Numbered from the stretch's first letter, positions 29,343-46,667 are shown. The stretch: DNA of 64,000 nt from the human T2T-CHM13v2.0 reference genome, Homo sapiens (GCF_009914755.1 NC_060935.1), one strand, 5' to 3'. Numbers and translations: made by a program. The notes: a model not told the origin generated them from the sequence alone.

Positions 29343-30615
29343 TCAGGATCAATCTAAAAGAAATGTATTAAAATCCTAAATGTATATTCATACACAACAG
29401 TTTTAAAATATTTAAAGAAAAAGTTGACAGAATTGAAAGAAGAAATAAACTGAAAAAACACTGAGTAGAAAATTTAAACAACCTAGTAAACTTGGCTTTA
29501 TTTACCTAAATAAAACACTATATCTAACAAATATAAAGTATTTATATAGTCTATTCAAGTACACATGGGAGATTTAATAAATTGGCACTTCTGTGGTCAC
29601 AAAGCAAATTATAACAGATTAGATTATAAACCTTAATTAGAAAGTTAAAAGATAATGTTTTCTAGAAGATAATATGAGAGCCTGTTTTTGTGACCTTTCT
29701 GTAGACAAAGTGTTTTCAAGGGACAGACTTACAAAAATTATTAGGAAAAAAAAATATTAAAATGGAAAAAATGTTAGTGTTGATCTATAAGCCAGAGTAC
29801 CTTTTAAAATAATATACACCATGTGATTGTATTTATCTTTTAAAAAATCATCAGTTTGGCTTTTAAATCACCAAGCCATTTCTACACTACATAAATTATT
29901 TTCTTTCTCTCTGCTGACAAAGAATTTTCTCTTTGTTAGAACAAAGAAAAAATTGTTTGCAACAAATCACGTTATCATTGCCTCATATAGGCGAAACTAA
30001 GTGCATTTACTTTCTTTTTTTTAATGATGTATTACATATGTTAGAAAGAGAGCAAACGTTTTGACCAAGACAATAAACTACAAAATTTAGCTCTAGTATT
30101 TGTCCATAAAGTAAAACTGTCATGCAGATCAATAAAGAACAAGGATGAATAAGTCCTTTATTTCTTCCTGTATGTCAGTATATGAGTGTGCATGGTACAA
30201 GCAGTCAGACCACCCATTAAGAGCAGTTTTATTAATAGTTCCTGCTTACATAAGGGTACTTCATTTATCAGTTTCATTGACTGTGACGAAGTGCTTATGC
30301 CACTGGCAAAGGTTGGCTCAGCCAAGAGGCAACGAAGTAGCAGCTGCAGGAAAGCCACTTAAAGAATGGTGCCTGCTTGAACCAACTTAGAGATATTCCT
30401 AATTTTTTAGCTGAGAAAAGGAATTGTGAACTCAGAAGCCCTAACTTTAAAAAAAAATTTTTTTTGCATAAACTGGTATTCTTAATGATGACAAAAATTA
30501 TAATTATGTGACAGGAGAAAATAATATCAAGTATTGTCTCAGTTTGTTGTATCATATTATAATTTATAATTTTTTTTAATATCCTGGGAGTTTTGATGCC
30601 AATTTTTATTTATAG

Positions 30616-30789
30616 AATCAGGCAAGAGTGGAAGATTTGTTTCACGTGGTTTAAGAAGCATTCCCTAAAAAACCTGAAGTCAGTTCACAGATTATTTGGT
30701 CATGAAAAATTGGATTTGATTTAATTCATTCTATTGAAAACTTGTGTTGCCCTGATAGATTCATTCATAGGTATCACATGACAAATGAG
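30616..30789 (+). pseudogene. Candidate exon C (174 nt)
   Basis: Acceptor tttttatttatag|, donor GAG|GTAAGA; length divisible by 3; two stops in each of the two plausible frames. Confidence 0.6.
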
Positions 30790-31369
30790 GTAAGACTCAT
30801 TAGTTGGGGATAATTAGTGTAAAGGTAATTTAATATAGGTAAACATCTGTTTTACAGAATATATGTTTTAAATAAACAAACATTTTATTAACTTCAAGAT
30901 TTGGATGGACCTAACTATATCAGTCCCATTAAATGGGAAACAATTCTATCTTAGTGCCTTTAAGAATTGGAAATTATTTGTCTTTTTGTTTTGTTGTTGT
31001 TGCTGGTTAGCCAAAGCTAAGCTTCCACTTAGCTGCTGTTCACATTTTCACCAATTTTCATTTAGTAGGATCTTACTAGGTTTTGGTAAGAAAATCACAT
31101 TTCCCTACATTTGACTCTTTCCACTGCTCATGGAAATAAAAAGAATCAACACAAAAATAAAAACAAACCCTAAAATTACACATTTAGTGAAACAAAGAGA
31201 GAAAATTCGATCTCCAAATTGTGTAAATGCTGGTAGAAGTACTTGTACCACCAGAGTCAAGCAAAAGCCCAACGTGAAAAAACTTAAATAACACAATTCA
31301 TAAGATTACTTTTGTATATATATGGAAATCTGTGCCCTGAAAATACCAGAAGTCAGCTTCTTTTTTTCT

Positions 31370-31760
31370 GAGTGCTGATGATGCATTTCCAAAAATTTTT
31401 CATATGTTATGCCACAAAGAAAATCTCAATAAATTTGAAAAAGTATAAATAATGCAGAAGGTGTTCTCTGGTCACAGTGTAATAAAACAGTAAATAAATA
31501 GCAAAGTGAGATAGCAAACAAAAAAATAATCCATATGGAAATGAAAAACTGTTTCTTAACTTGAGTAAAATTCAGATTTCCTAGAAAACAACAATCATTA
31601 ATACACTGTAAATTACAACTTACTGGATAAGACCACAGAGTAAAGCAGTATGGAGAAGAAAAATATTACTTAAAGAAAGTAAATTATTTAGACTAACGGC
31701 TAAAAGGTGTGTAAAAAAGACAAATTAAACTGATGAAATAAAATTAATATGATCTGAATT
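31370..31760 (+). mobile_element. Old L1M ORF2 fragment
   Basis: gccacaaagaaaatctcaataaattt...ttctctggtcacagtgtaataaaac. Confidence 0.7.
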
Positions 31761-32109
31761 AATAACATATTAGGGTACTTTAATAGCTAGTCTCATTTTA
31801 TTTTAAAATATTTTCAATGGCTTGCTTTGTGCTGCTTTCAAGCACATATATAAACAAGAATAGAATAATGTCTCTTTCAAAGTGAGTGTTTATTTGATTT
31901 ATGTGGGAACTTCAAACATGTAGAAATATAAAAGATGCTGTTTGTATTTATCATTCAAAACTGTTTATTTTTATACATATCTTCTAATGTACATATACAC
32001 AGATTATATTGATTGAAAAATAGAACTCTTTGTGATATTAAAATTGTTAATTTTTTCCATATTTCAATCAGCTCCAAGTCAGATCTGATCCCAAAAACAT
32101 GACTCCTAC

Positions 32110-32345
32110 TTAGTGGTTAGAATGAATTAAAAAGATCAGGGGTTGTGTGTGTGGGGTGAGGTAGGAATGGTTATAGGGTACAAAAAAGAAGTATTTAGAA
32201 AGAATAATAAGACCTACTATTTGATAACACAACAGGGTGACTACAGTCAATAATAACATAATTGTCATTTGAAAATAACTAAAAAAGTATAATCGGATTG
32301 TTTGTAACACAAAGGATAAATGCTTAAGGGGATGCATACCCCATG
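32110..32345 (+). mobile_element. L1MA 3'UTR fragment
   Basis: gacctactatttgataacacaacagggtgactacagtcaataataa...aaggataaatgctt. Confidence 0.85.
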
Positions 32346-32561
32346 CTCAGCAAATCCAGTCAGTTCTTCCCTGTGTTAGAAATGCCACTGAAGTCACGGC
32401 CTCACCACGGAGATGAGTGACAAATCTTTGTCACTTTTGTATAACTTTTCCATTGCCATCACTGTCACCCTCATCACATCCACACTGACATTCATCCCTG
32501 TCACTGACACTGTCTATAGTGATGTTATTGCCACACTGACATTGCCGCTCTCCTTTCTTAG

Positions 32562-32603
32562 ATTTACGAGATTGACAGTCCCAGTACAGCTACTCTCGCT
32601 CAG
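32562..32603 (+). pseudogene. Candidate exon D (42 nt)
   Basis: Acceptor ctctcctttcttag|, donor CAG|GTTAGA; open in both candidate frames. Confidence 0.5.
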
Positions 32604-33006
32604 GTTAGATAGACATTTAGACTCTTGTTAAAAAGAAAACAACAAAAATGACTACACAAACAAACTTTCCTCAAGGCACACATATGACTCTTTTCTTTCT
32701 TTTCTTCTTTGAAAACAACATATTAAAATATAATGTGCTAATTCCATATGTTACATTGCCTTCTTGTTCTTCTCTCACTGGAGGAGGAGCTAGAACAAGC
32801 ACCTTAAATTTCTGAGAAGGGTGAAATCTCAGACTCTCTGTTTCAAAGTTGGGGAATGCTTAGTTTAGAGAATACTTCGTTTGGAGGGTGCATTAGATCT
32901 CAGGTAAAATTAGAACAACTCTGCTGCAGGCACTTTTTTCAATTTTCAACTTCCCACCCCAGTTATCTAAACTGCTTTTTAAAACATTATTTCCTTTTTC
33001 CTTTAG

Positions 33007-33177
33007 CCAGTATTTTTCAGTCCTAAATATAATGAGAATTACCTGGGGGTGGGGGCTTTAAAAAATAGATGATTTAATTTGTATTCTAGATCTGTGGGTA
33101 CAGGGGTATAGAATCTGAGCACTGTTATTTATTTTTAATCTCGATGTGATTTGTGCAGTCATGAGTGAGACCCTCTG
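33007..33177. mobile_element. MER5-like fragment
   Basis: gagaattacctgggg...gctttaaaaaata...gagaccctctg. Confidence 0.55.
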
Positions 33178-33615
33178 CACAGTCATGCCTGTTTATAGCT
33201 CCAGAGAATAGGCATATAACTTGAAAACTTCCAGGTTTCTTATGTGCTAAAATGTACTGTAATGTCAGATTTTACAAAGAGCTTCTTAACTCAGTTTAAA
33301 TAAATCATTACTAAATAGCAAATGTCATACTACATTACACCTAATGGAGGTAGAAACTTACGCATTCACGCATATATTCATTTTCCTTTTTACTTTAATA
33401 AACGTGATCATGAGGCTTTCCCTGTACATTCCCTAGAGGCAAGAATGGATCTTGTTTGCTTTGGTGTTCTTCATCAATGTCTAGCAAGATACCTTGGTCC
33501 CAAATATGTGAAGAATAAACAGGTTATTAGTATGATTATCCAATAAATAAATGTCATCTATAGCCCCACTGTTAATCTCTCTTTGACCTGCAAAATTCAT
33601 GTATTCAACAGACTA

Positions 33616-33910
33616 GAGAGGGCCCTGCACTTAAAAGGGGGTTGCATCCTGTTAAACCCATTGTAAGTAGAACATATCAAAAGTCAAAGATGCTTTTAAT
33701 ACAAAACCTACCGAACATCATAGCTTAACCTGGCCTACCTTAAACGTGCTGAGAACACTTACATTAGCCTACAGTTGGGAAAAGTTATCTAACATAAAGC
33801 CTATTTTATAGTAAAGTGTTGAATAGCTCATGTAATTTATTGTGTACAGTATACTGTAAAATACAGTATTGGTTGTTTACCTTGGTGATTGTGTGGCTGA
33901 CTGGGAGCTT
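33616..33910. mobile_element. MER47/Tigger5-family fragment
   Basis: acctaccgaacatcatagctt...cctaccttaaacgtgct...cattagcctacagttggg. Confidence 0.8.
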
Positions 33911-34173
33911 GTTGAAAAATTAGCTTTTTATTGCATAAATCAGATGACATCACTCCTTTTCCCTGCCATTATGGTATTCCCAGTGCTTAATGCAGTGACT
34001 GGTACTTAGTTGGTTGTTAATAATATTTGAATGTATAATGAATGAGTGAATAATTAATAAATATCTATGTAGTAGTGCACTTAGAATAAATATCTATAGA
34101 GCATTCTTTAAAGTAAACATAAAAAAGCACAGCTAATGAGAAAATTCCTTCTGTGTTCTTTTCTAAGAGTGAA

Positions 34174-34966
34174 GAGAAGACATTTATGTGGCCAAGAAAC
34201 ATATGAAAAAAAATTCATCATCACTGGTCATTAGAGAAATGCAAATCAAAACCACAATGAGATACCATCTCACACCAGTTAAAATGGTGATCATTAAAAA
34301 GTCTGGAAACAACAGATACTGGAGAGGATGTGGAGAAATAGGAACAGTTTTGCACCATTGGTGGGAGTGTAAATTAGTTCAACCGTTGTGGAAGACAGTG
34401 TGGCTATTATTCCTCAAGGATCTAGAACCAGAAGTACTATTTGACCTAGCAATCCTGGGTGTAAACCCAAAGGATTATAAATCATTCTACTATAAAGACA
34501 CATGCACACGTATGTTTATTCCAGCACTATTCACAATAGCAAAGACTTGGAACCAACCCAAATGCCCACCAATAACAGAGTGGATAAAGGAAATGTGGCA
34601 CATATACACCATGGAATACTATGCAGCCACTAAAAAGGATGAGTTCACGTCCTTTGCAGGGACATGGATGAAGCTGGAGGCCATCATTCTCAGCAAACTA
34701 ACACAGGAACAGAAAACCAAACACCACATGTTCTCACTCATCAGTGGAAGTTGAGCAATGAGAACACATGGACACAGGGAGGGAAACATCACACACCAGG
34801 GCCAGTCAGGGGAACGGGGGCTAGGGGAGGGATAGCATTAGGAGAAGTACCTAATGTAGATGACAGGTTGATGGGTGCAGCAAACCACCTTGGCACATGT
34901 ATACCTATGTAACAAACATGCATGTTCTGCACATGTCTCCCAGAACTTAAAGTATAATAAAAAAAA
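34174..34966 (+). mobile_element. 5'-truncated L1PA (about PA7-PA10)
   Basis: ORF 34188-34754 is the L1 ORF2 C-terminus (ends ...MFSLISGS); 3'UTR and A tail. Confidence 0.95.
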
Positions 34967-35010
34967 TTAGAGCTATGGAGAGCAAAATAGCTAGATATCA
35001 AGAGATTGTC

Positions 35011-35297
35011 TTTTTTTTTTTTTTGAGGTGGAGTCTTGCTCTGTTGCCCAGGCTGGAATGCAGTGGTGCGATCTCAGCTCACTACAACCTCTGCATCCTG
35101 GGTTCCAGTGATTCTCCTGCCTCAGCCTTCTGAGTAACTGGTATTACAGGCATGCGCCACGAGGCCCGGCTAATTTTTGTATTTTTAGTAGAGACGAGGT
35201 TTCACCATGTTGGTCTTGAACTCCTGACCTCAGGTGATCCACCTGTCTCGGCCTCCCAAAGTGCTAGAATTACAGACGCGAGCCACCACGCACAACT
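35011..35297 (-). mobile_element. AluSx-like with a small internal deletion
   Basis: TSD gagatt(g/t)tctt; tgttggtcttgaac lacks ccaggctgg. Confidence 0.9.
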
Positions 35298-35327
35298 GAG
35301 ATTTTCTTAAAAGCCACGTGAGACCAG

Positions 35328-35460
35328 AAATGCTATTCAAAGTGTGGCCCATGGACCATCACTGCCATCATTACCTAGAAATGGTTAGAAAGGGTCCTGA
35401 GGGCTTAAACGATACCTAGAAAATGGAACAGGCCTTTATTAATTAGCTCCTGATGTTTTC
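35328..35460. mobile_element. MER5A-like fragment
   Basis: tattcaaagtgtggcccatggacca...catcattacctagaaatggttagaa. Confidence 0.65.
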
Positions 35461-35589
35461 CATCATCCCCATTAGTTCTTCTGTTACATGATGCTGCTAT
35501 CAAATATTAGTCCTATATACACTGAATGTAGCATGACCACTCTTGAAAGCTTCAGAGATGTTCACTCTGCTTTTCTTTCCACTGAACAG

Positions 35590-35633
35590 GTTTAAAACAA
35601 AGACATTTGCTGATGGTCTTAAGGAAGATTATG
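35590..35633 (+). pseudogene. Candidate exon E (44 nt, GC donor)
   Basis: Acceptor ttttctttccactgaacag|, donor ATG|GCAAGT; reads FKTKTFADGLKEDY, phase 2 to phase 1. Confidence 0.45.
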
Positions 35634-36049
35634 GCAAGTTATTCATCTGATGCTTGCAAAAATAATCTCTGAGATCCCCCAACTCATAGAAAATCCCCAA
35701 ATACCCTCCCCAACTGAGTGGGGTTGAAGCTACATTCTTCCAGCCTCCCTTCATCTTTTGTCTCCATGACAGGTGCACCTTTATCTTTTTAAGTGGGCTT
35801 AGCTCCCAAACAATGGCCTGGATGAAGAATGGCCTCTAGTTTTCCAACAACTCTTGTTTTAGATACTATGATATATACAAGCCACTGACTCCTTGGAGTC
35901 AGTGAACCCAGAACTCATAATACAAAAGATTTGCCCATCTTGTCATATTTTGGTTTCCTGTTAGTTCCAAGAACAAGATTAATTAAAGATTAATGATGAT
36001 GACTTAAAACATCATGAACTAGCCTAATAAATTATCCTGACATCTTACC

Positions 36050-36245
36050 CATACTAATAGTTAACATTTATGTGGCATATACTGTGTACTGGCTGTGTTC
36101 TGAGACTTAAAAAAAAATTCACTTATTTTCAGCAGAGGAAACAAGAGCAGAGATTAGGCGGTTTATGCAAGGTTACTTAGTAGTAGATCCAGGATTAGAG
36201 CTCTGTCATTTTCCAGGGTCTGGACTTTTAATGACAATGCTATGC
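36050..36245 (-). mobile_element. MIR
   Basis: cagaggaaacaagagcagagattaggcggtttatgcaaggttac. Confidence 0.7.
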
Positions 36246-36404
36246 TATGCTGCCTCTCAACTCTTGAGCACTGCCTTCTTACCCAGTTTTATGCTGGAAG
36301 TTTTCCATATGTCATTGCATTTAATTCTCATGTCACACTAATGGAGCAGGTATTGGCTTCCCATTGGTACCTGGAAAATGGAGACTAAAAAAAAAATAAA
36401 AAGA

Positions 36405-36407
<3 letters not shown>

Positions 36408-36439
<32 letters not shown>
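36408..36439. repeat. (GT)n microsatellite
   Basis: Directly visible. Confidence 0.95.
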
Positions 36440-36441
<2 letters not shown>

Positions 36442-36652
36442 GTTCCTTTTGTTTGTGTTATCTCTCAAAATCCAACAACTGGAAGTAAAGGAATCATGGT
36501 TTGGAATAGTGTATCTGATTAATAGTAGGATACACTAAGATATCATGAAACACACTTTGTTTCTTATCCCACAACAAACTTTTCTGCATTGTCACTTTCT
36601 TTTTTTTAAATCACAGCCTCTCTACCTAAAATGCCCTTCTTCTATCTCTACT

Positions 36653-37133
36653 TGTTATGGTTAACTTTATGTTTCAACTTACGTAGGTCACACTACCTCG
36701 ATATAGGGTCAAAAATTTGTCTAGATGTTGCTATGAAGACATTTTTAAAGATGAGACTAACATTTAAATCAGTGTGTTTTGAGTAAACTGGATTATAATC
36801 CATAATGTGGGTGGCCCTCCATTGAAGGCTTTAAATGAGAAAAGATTGACCTGCCCCAAGGAAGAGTGAATTTTGCTAGTAGGCTTCCTTTGGACTTGAG
36901 CTGGAGCTCCAGCTTGCTGACCTTACTTACAGATTTTGGACTTGTCAGTTTCTATAATCAACCATGTGTGCTAATTCCTTAAAATAAATCTCTATCTCTA
37001 TATATGTCTCTCTCCCTCTGTGTATGTGTATGTGTATTTAGAGAGAGAGAAAGTGCACATAGAATATATAGTGTTACTTAAAATAAACATAAAAGTCCAG
37101 CTAATAAGAAACACCTATGTGTTTCCCACATGT

Positions 37134-37180
<47 letters not shown>

Positions 37181-37222
37181 CTCCTGTTGGTTCTGTTTCT
37201 CTAGAAAACCCTGACTAATATG
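36653..37222 (+). mobile_element. MLT2 LTR containing (CA)n at 37137-37176
   Basis: Start tgttatggttaactttatg; end ttggttctgtttctctagaaaaccctgactaata. Confidence 0.85.
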
Positions 37223-38360
37223 CAACCTTTACACAGCCTGTCAATTTTTGAAGCCCCTCCTCAAATATTAATAAAGGCTTTCCAGATCCCTAAAGCTGAT
37301 GTTCTCTCTCTATTTCAAATCCACATAGAGTTGCATGGCAACACATTCTCTCATATTATACCAATATTTTTATTTTATGTAGGCTTTTTAGAACATTAAT
37401 AGCATAGAACAGGTAAAGTGACTTCCTTATGCAATCTGAACCACCTAGCACAATTCACCTGCTACACATTAAGGGTTTCATACATGTTTTGAATGGATAA
37501 GAATATGAGGGGATAGAATAAATTAATTTTTGGGTCCCAAATAACACTTTCATTCTAAGCATGTCTCTTAAACACATTTCTCTCTGTCTCTAATAACGAT
37601 TTCACATTAATATGTGGAGAAATTCAATAATTAGCTTAGAGCCAGTAAAGTTTTTGAATAAAAATATTCATCACAGAAATTAAAGATTATATCAATAATA
37701 GCAATTTTATTTTTACCATTAAAATGTAGATATGAAGAGATGGTGATGTTAATTAGGTGGGATTTTTCACTATTAAGAATATTTGATCTGCTGTGGGATA
37801 TAATTATGTCTAAAAATAGGGAGGACTTTCATATCAGCGCCCAATAAGAGGAGAAATTAAATTTAATCCCTAGTGGATCTGAATATAAACTTCTGTTGTT
37901 GCTATGTTTGTTCTATTCACTTTTCCCTCATTTTCTATATATTTCATTATGTTCTTTTATGCATCTAATGACCCATATGTTTGTGAAATAATGATTTTCT
38001 GTCTTATTTGAATGCATCTTACAGGATTTTAATTGTATTGGCTTCAAGTCCCATTGGATTGATGAGTTCAGAAATATGTACTTTTCCTTTTTTTTCTCTT
38101 CTCTGTGTCCCATGTTTGATCTTTTCCTGCTGCCGTGGCACCTAATTAGCTGTGAACTAGTTCTTGCACTTCACAGCAGTAGTGAGCAATTCCTTGCCAT
38201 AAAATAAAACATAAATTTTCTAGTTTGATACATAATATTTGGACATTATTTCTAGATTCCCAACCAAATAGTTTGTCCTAACTAGCTTCCTGTAGATTAC
38301 TGGTGTTGACTGTGTCATTAACCTTAGGGCTGCCTCTCTAATCTCTAAACCTCTCTTTAG

Positions 38361-38447
38361 AATGTTCCACCTTCAGAAAGGTCACACAGGCCAGGCATTA
38401 GTTGCATTGCCCTTTCTCTTCTTACATGCCGTATGCTCCTGGAAGAG
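38361..38447 (+). pseudogene. Candidate exon F (87 nt)
   Basis: Acceptor ctctaaacctctctttag|, donor GAG|GTAATC; length divisible by 3. Confidence 0.45.
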
Positions 38448-38769
38448 GTAATCCTTTTTAGATATGTAAATATTCTGTGTTGAGTTGAACAGGAACCTTA
38501 ATTAAATAAATGTGTTTTATTTATTCTCCCATAATTTCCTCACACAAAAGTTACAAAAAGGTCTAGGTGCCAGATTAGTGACATGCATACCAGACTAATT
38601 TTAAGAAGAAATTCAGATGAGTTGACTCCATGTAAATAGAAAGAAAGATAAACAATTTAATAACCTCCATTAAGAGAATATCTACAGTAGGGATACAGAA
38701 GATAATCACATTCCTGCCAACATCTTAAGCAGTAATTAGGCATTAATATTAATGCCCAATAAGACTTCA

Positions 38770-38945
38770 TATTCATCACCTACTATCTGTCAGACATGGT
38801 TCCAGGTGTGTGAAATCAATTTACAACTCTTTAAATCTCTACAACAATCTTTTGAGATAGGTACTATTATTATTATTATCATTTTTCCATTTTGCAAACC
38901 ATGATACTAAGTTTTACAGAGATTAAGTAATTCATACAAAATAGT
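38770..38945 (-). mobile_element. MIR
   Basis: ctctacaacaatcttttgagataggtactattatt...cagagattaagtaatt. Confidence 0.75.
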
Positions 38946-39091
38946 GTATAATTACCTTTCATCAAATCAGACACATCTTGTTTTGTATCCCCCTTATTTA
39001 ATGTTTGAACTATCTCATATTTATCCCATTCTAGATATTTGGATGATATCTTTGAGTCGTTAATTATTACTTAAACAATTTCAATTGATTT

Positions 39092-42925
<3,834 letters not shown>

Positions 42926-43678
42926 TCAGTTGATCCTTAACTGTTGTGTCTCTAGCCAGTTTTTCTCCAAATTGATTTATTCTCCAGCTTGGCACCAGAT
43001 TTATAGTAGCATTACTTATCTCCTTATATCTATTAAAAGAAAACAATTACTAAAAGTTCTAAAATTATCTTTAAAGTATAAAATCAAAACTCAACTCTCA
43101 GTGTACAAACCCTTTTGAAATCTGACATTGAACATCCTTTTCTTCTCATCTCTCATTCTCTTCTCTTAAGCATCCTCACAGTCTGTTATCTTGCCTCTTT
43201 TCTAACCTTAAACATTCAAAGACCATTCATTGCATTACAACTTGACATTGTTAAGGAACTTATTTTATTCTACCTTGTCTGGGCAATATTCTATTCATTC
43301 TTTAGACAGATAGCATAGTTGGGATCATGAGTGCTGATGGTCTGGGTCAAAACTGTACTTCTTTAGATAAGCTTCTTAACCATTTTAAGTTTAGTAGGTT
43401 TAACATTCTATTTTATGAGACATTTGCAAAACTCAATATGATAATTATGCAAAATTCTAATAGAGATCCTTGTTTACACCTATCCTCAACAAAAGGGTAT
43501 ATTATGATATACTCATCCAAAATGCCACTGATGCTAAAAAATTATTTTTTATAATCTGTGCAAGCCTCAGTATTTGGATCATGTATAATAATTCTGATAG
43601 CACTTATGCTGTACATGTAATTTATATTACATGGACTTCATGAAACTTGACTGAGCTTCACCAAATATTGCTTCCAAG

Positions 43679-44208
43679 GGAAAAAGAAGAAGTCTCAGAC
43701 AAATATTTTAGAGTTATCAAACCTTCAAGAATTTCAGACCATTCATCTAACCACAGGTCACACTGCCCCACATCTTTACATATCTTCACTTTTATTTCAC
43801 AAGAACACTGAAATGACAGAATCATTGGAAGAGAAGTTTTGCTCAAAATCAGTAATGAGACACCAAGAACCACTCATTTCACAGTTTTTAATGTTACTCA
43901 AAGTATTGTTTGTGATAAGGAACTTGCATCAGAATGTAAATCAACAAACTACTTCGTTCTTGAAGAAAGTCAGATTACTAAAGAGGGAAAAATATTTGCT
44001 GAGCCAAACAGTGAACCTAGTGATTAGGTTGTTTTGTATTTTTGTGCAAGTTCCTTATCACATAACAACCAAAAAAAAAAAAAGTTCACATATTAAGAGA
44101 TGGTTTATGGATCATCCTTTGAGTATAATTAGTCTATATAATTTATATCCAGTATTGGCCAAGTTCAATACCATACTTACCTTTCTATTTAGAAGCAAAA
44201 TGATATGA
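43679..44208 (+). pseudogene. Candidate exon G / long open frame (3' boundary uncertain)
   Basis: Acceptor attgcttccaag|; frame open 43651-44205 (GKKKKSQTNILELSNLQEFQ...), entered in phase 1 as exon F requires. Confidence 0.5.
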
Positions 44209-45514
44209 TTCTGCATTTTGAATTTTCCAAACCGATCTATATCCATGAATATACTATGATGTCAGTAGTTGAAATGTTCATTAATGTAAGTCAGGGGGAA
44301 CCCAAAGATGGCCGACAATAGAAAGTTTTAAGTATTGTGATGTTTTCATAGAAGAGGAAACAGAATTTGGTAACAATTGAACATAGTAAAAATAATTTAT
44401 AATACACCACATTTTGTCTTCATGGTTTTTCCTAGAATGGAAGCTTACAAAAAGAATTATTAGGCTATATAATTTAACAAATAATTACTGCATATAGGAT
44501 TATATGCATAGCAGACGTTCACTGTATTTCAAAATGAAATGACTTTATGTTTAATATGCATCTCCTGTAAAACAGCATATAGTTTTATCTTGCTTTTTTA
44601 TCTAGCCTCTTAAGCTCTGTTATTTAAATAAGATGTCACATCTATTCGTATTTGACCTAATTAGTGATATGGTTGGAATTAATTCTACTGTCTTGCTATT
44701 GTTTTTATTTGTTTAATCTGTTCTTTTTAAATTCTTATTCTTATGCTTTCTTTTTAGATTAATACTCTTTAGTATCAATTTTTATATATTTTATTGAACT
44801 AGTAGTTTTATCTTTGTTTTATTTTCTAAAAGGATGCTCCTGGGTTTACAGCATGCATCTTTAACTTTTTACAAGTTGCCCCTAAATAATTATTTTAATA
44901 CTTCACATGTAACATCAGAAGCTTAACAATAGTTGGTGTCTATTTTCCTTTCCCATCATTTGTACTGTTATACCTGTATATTTTACTCTTATATATGTTA
45001 AAATCTTACACTATCTAGTTATTAACTTGGATTTACACTGCCAATTATATTTTAAAGAAATTAAGACATGAAAGAAAATTTGTTACATTTACCATTTCAG
45101 CACATTTCATTTCTTTGTGTAGATCAGGGATTCCAACTATTAACGTTTCCTTTTGCCTGAGGAAATTACTTATTTTTTCTTATAATGCAGGTCTAAAGAA
45201 AACGAAATAACTTTTGTTTGTCTAGAAATATCTTTATTGCATCTTTACCTTTGAAGGATTTTCTTTAGGCTAGCTATGAAAGTCTGAGTTAACATTATTT
45301 TCTTATTTTTTCAGCACTTGAAAGATGCTTCATTGTTTTCCATTTTGCACTATAAGCAACACCCTGTATAGTGTTGTATTTCCTTTGGTTCAATAGCCAA
45401 ATAATATTATTTTACAAGAAAAATTATTTCACAAGAAGTCTGGAGTTGTTCTTATTGTTAATCCATTGTAAGTAGTATTTTGTTGTTGTTGTTGTTCCTC
45501 ATTGCTATTAAGAA

Positions 45515-45832
45515 TTTTTGTTTGGTTGTTTGATTTTGGGTTTTTTTTTTTTGAGACGGAGTCTTGCTCTGTTGCCCAGGCTGGAGTGCAATGGGCACAA
45601 TCTCAGCTCACCGCAACCTCTGCCTCAGGGTTCAAGTGAATCGCCTGTGTCAGCCTTCTGAGTAGCTGGGATTACAGGTGTGCGCCACCAGGCCCGGCTA
45701 ATTTTTGTATTTTTATTACAGATGGGGTTTCACCATGTTGGTCAGGCTGGTCTCGAACTTCTGACCTCGTGATCTGCCTGCCTCAGCCTCCCAAAATGCT
45801 GGGATTACAGGTGTGAGCCATCGCGCCTGGCC
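45515..45832 (-). mobile_element. AluS (Sg-like)
   Basis: Full antisense Alu; TSD aaga(a/t)tttt. Confidence 0.9.
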
Positions 45833-46082
45833 AAGATTTTTTAAAAAATAATTTATTTTTGGAAATTTGTGCCATTTTCTGATTTACTGTGTTCATTTGG
45901 CTTGGGAGTTACTGAGATTCATGGATATATGAGATCTATATCAGAGTTAGAAAACATTTGACAACAACTTCTACAAATATTTCTCTTCTCTAACATCTCT
46001 TCATTTTTCTGGTCTAATATATGTGTTTAATACATATCTAATATGTGTGTTACTAACACATATTGATATTATCCAACACATC

Positions 46083-46437
46083 TGTATTAGTTCGTTTTCA
46101 TGCTGCTGATAAAGAGATACCTGAGACTGGGTAATTTATAAAGAAAAAGACTTTTAGTGGACCAACAGTTCTATGTGGCTGGGGAGGCCTCACAATCAAG
46201 TCAGAAGGTGAAAGTCAATCTTATATCGAGGCAGACAAGAGAAAACTTGTGCAGGGAAACGCCTCTTATAAAACCATCGGATCTCATGATGCTTATTCAC
46301 TACCACGAGAACAGTATGGGGGGAAACAGCTCCCATGATTCAATTATCTTCCACTGGGTTCCTCCCACAACACACGGGAATTATGAGAGCTACTATTGGA
46401 GATGACATTTGGGTGGGGATATGGCCAAACCATATCA
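46083..46437 (-). mobile_element. THE1 solo LTR (B/C-like)
   Basis: tgtattag...ccaaaccatatca; TSD acatc/atgtc. Confidence 0.9.
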
Positions 46438-46667
46438 ATGTCATTGAGCTTAATTCATTTTATTCTGACTTGTTGATCTGAATGACTCTGTTTGGAGAGT
46501 TTCTATTGTCCTATCTTCACGTTTACTAATCATCTCTTTGCCAGCTTCTAATATGCTTCCAAGTTCATTTAGTTAAATTTTCACTTAAATGCTTTTCCAT
46601 TTTAGATATCAGTTTGCATTATTTTTATATTCTCATTTCCTGCTCAAAATTCCCTATTTGTTCTATA

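Larger units (their letters stand above)
44540..46650 (-). mobile_element. Old L1M fragments interrupted by an Alu and a THE1
   Basis: T-rich antisense L1 motifs (tctcctgtaaaacagcatatagtt; ttcagcacttgaaagatg). Confidence 0.7.

Noticed and set aside
32445-32545. Thr/Ile-rich ORF 32413-32631
   Set aside because: Arises from low-complexity cat/cac/tgtcac sequence upstream of the exon D acceptor
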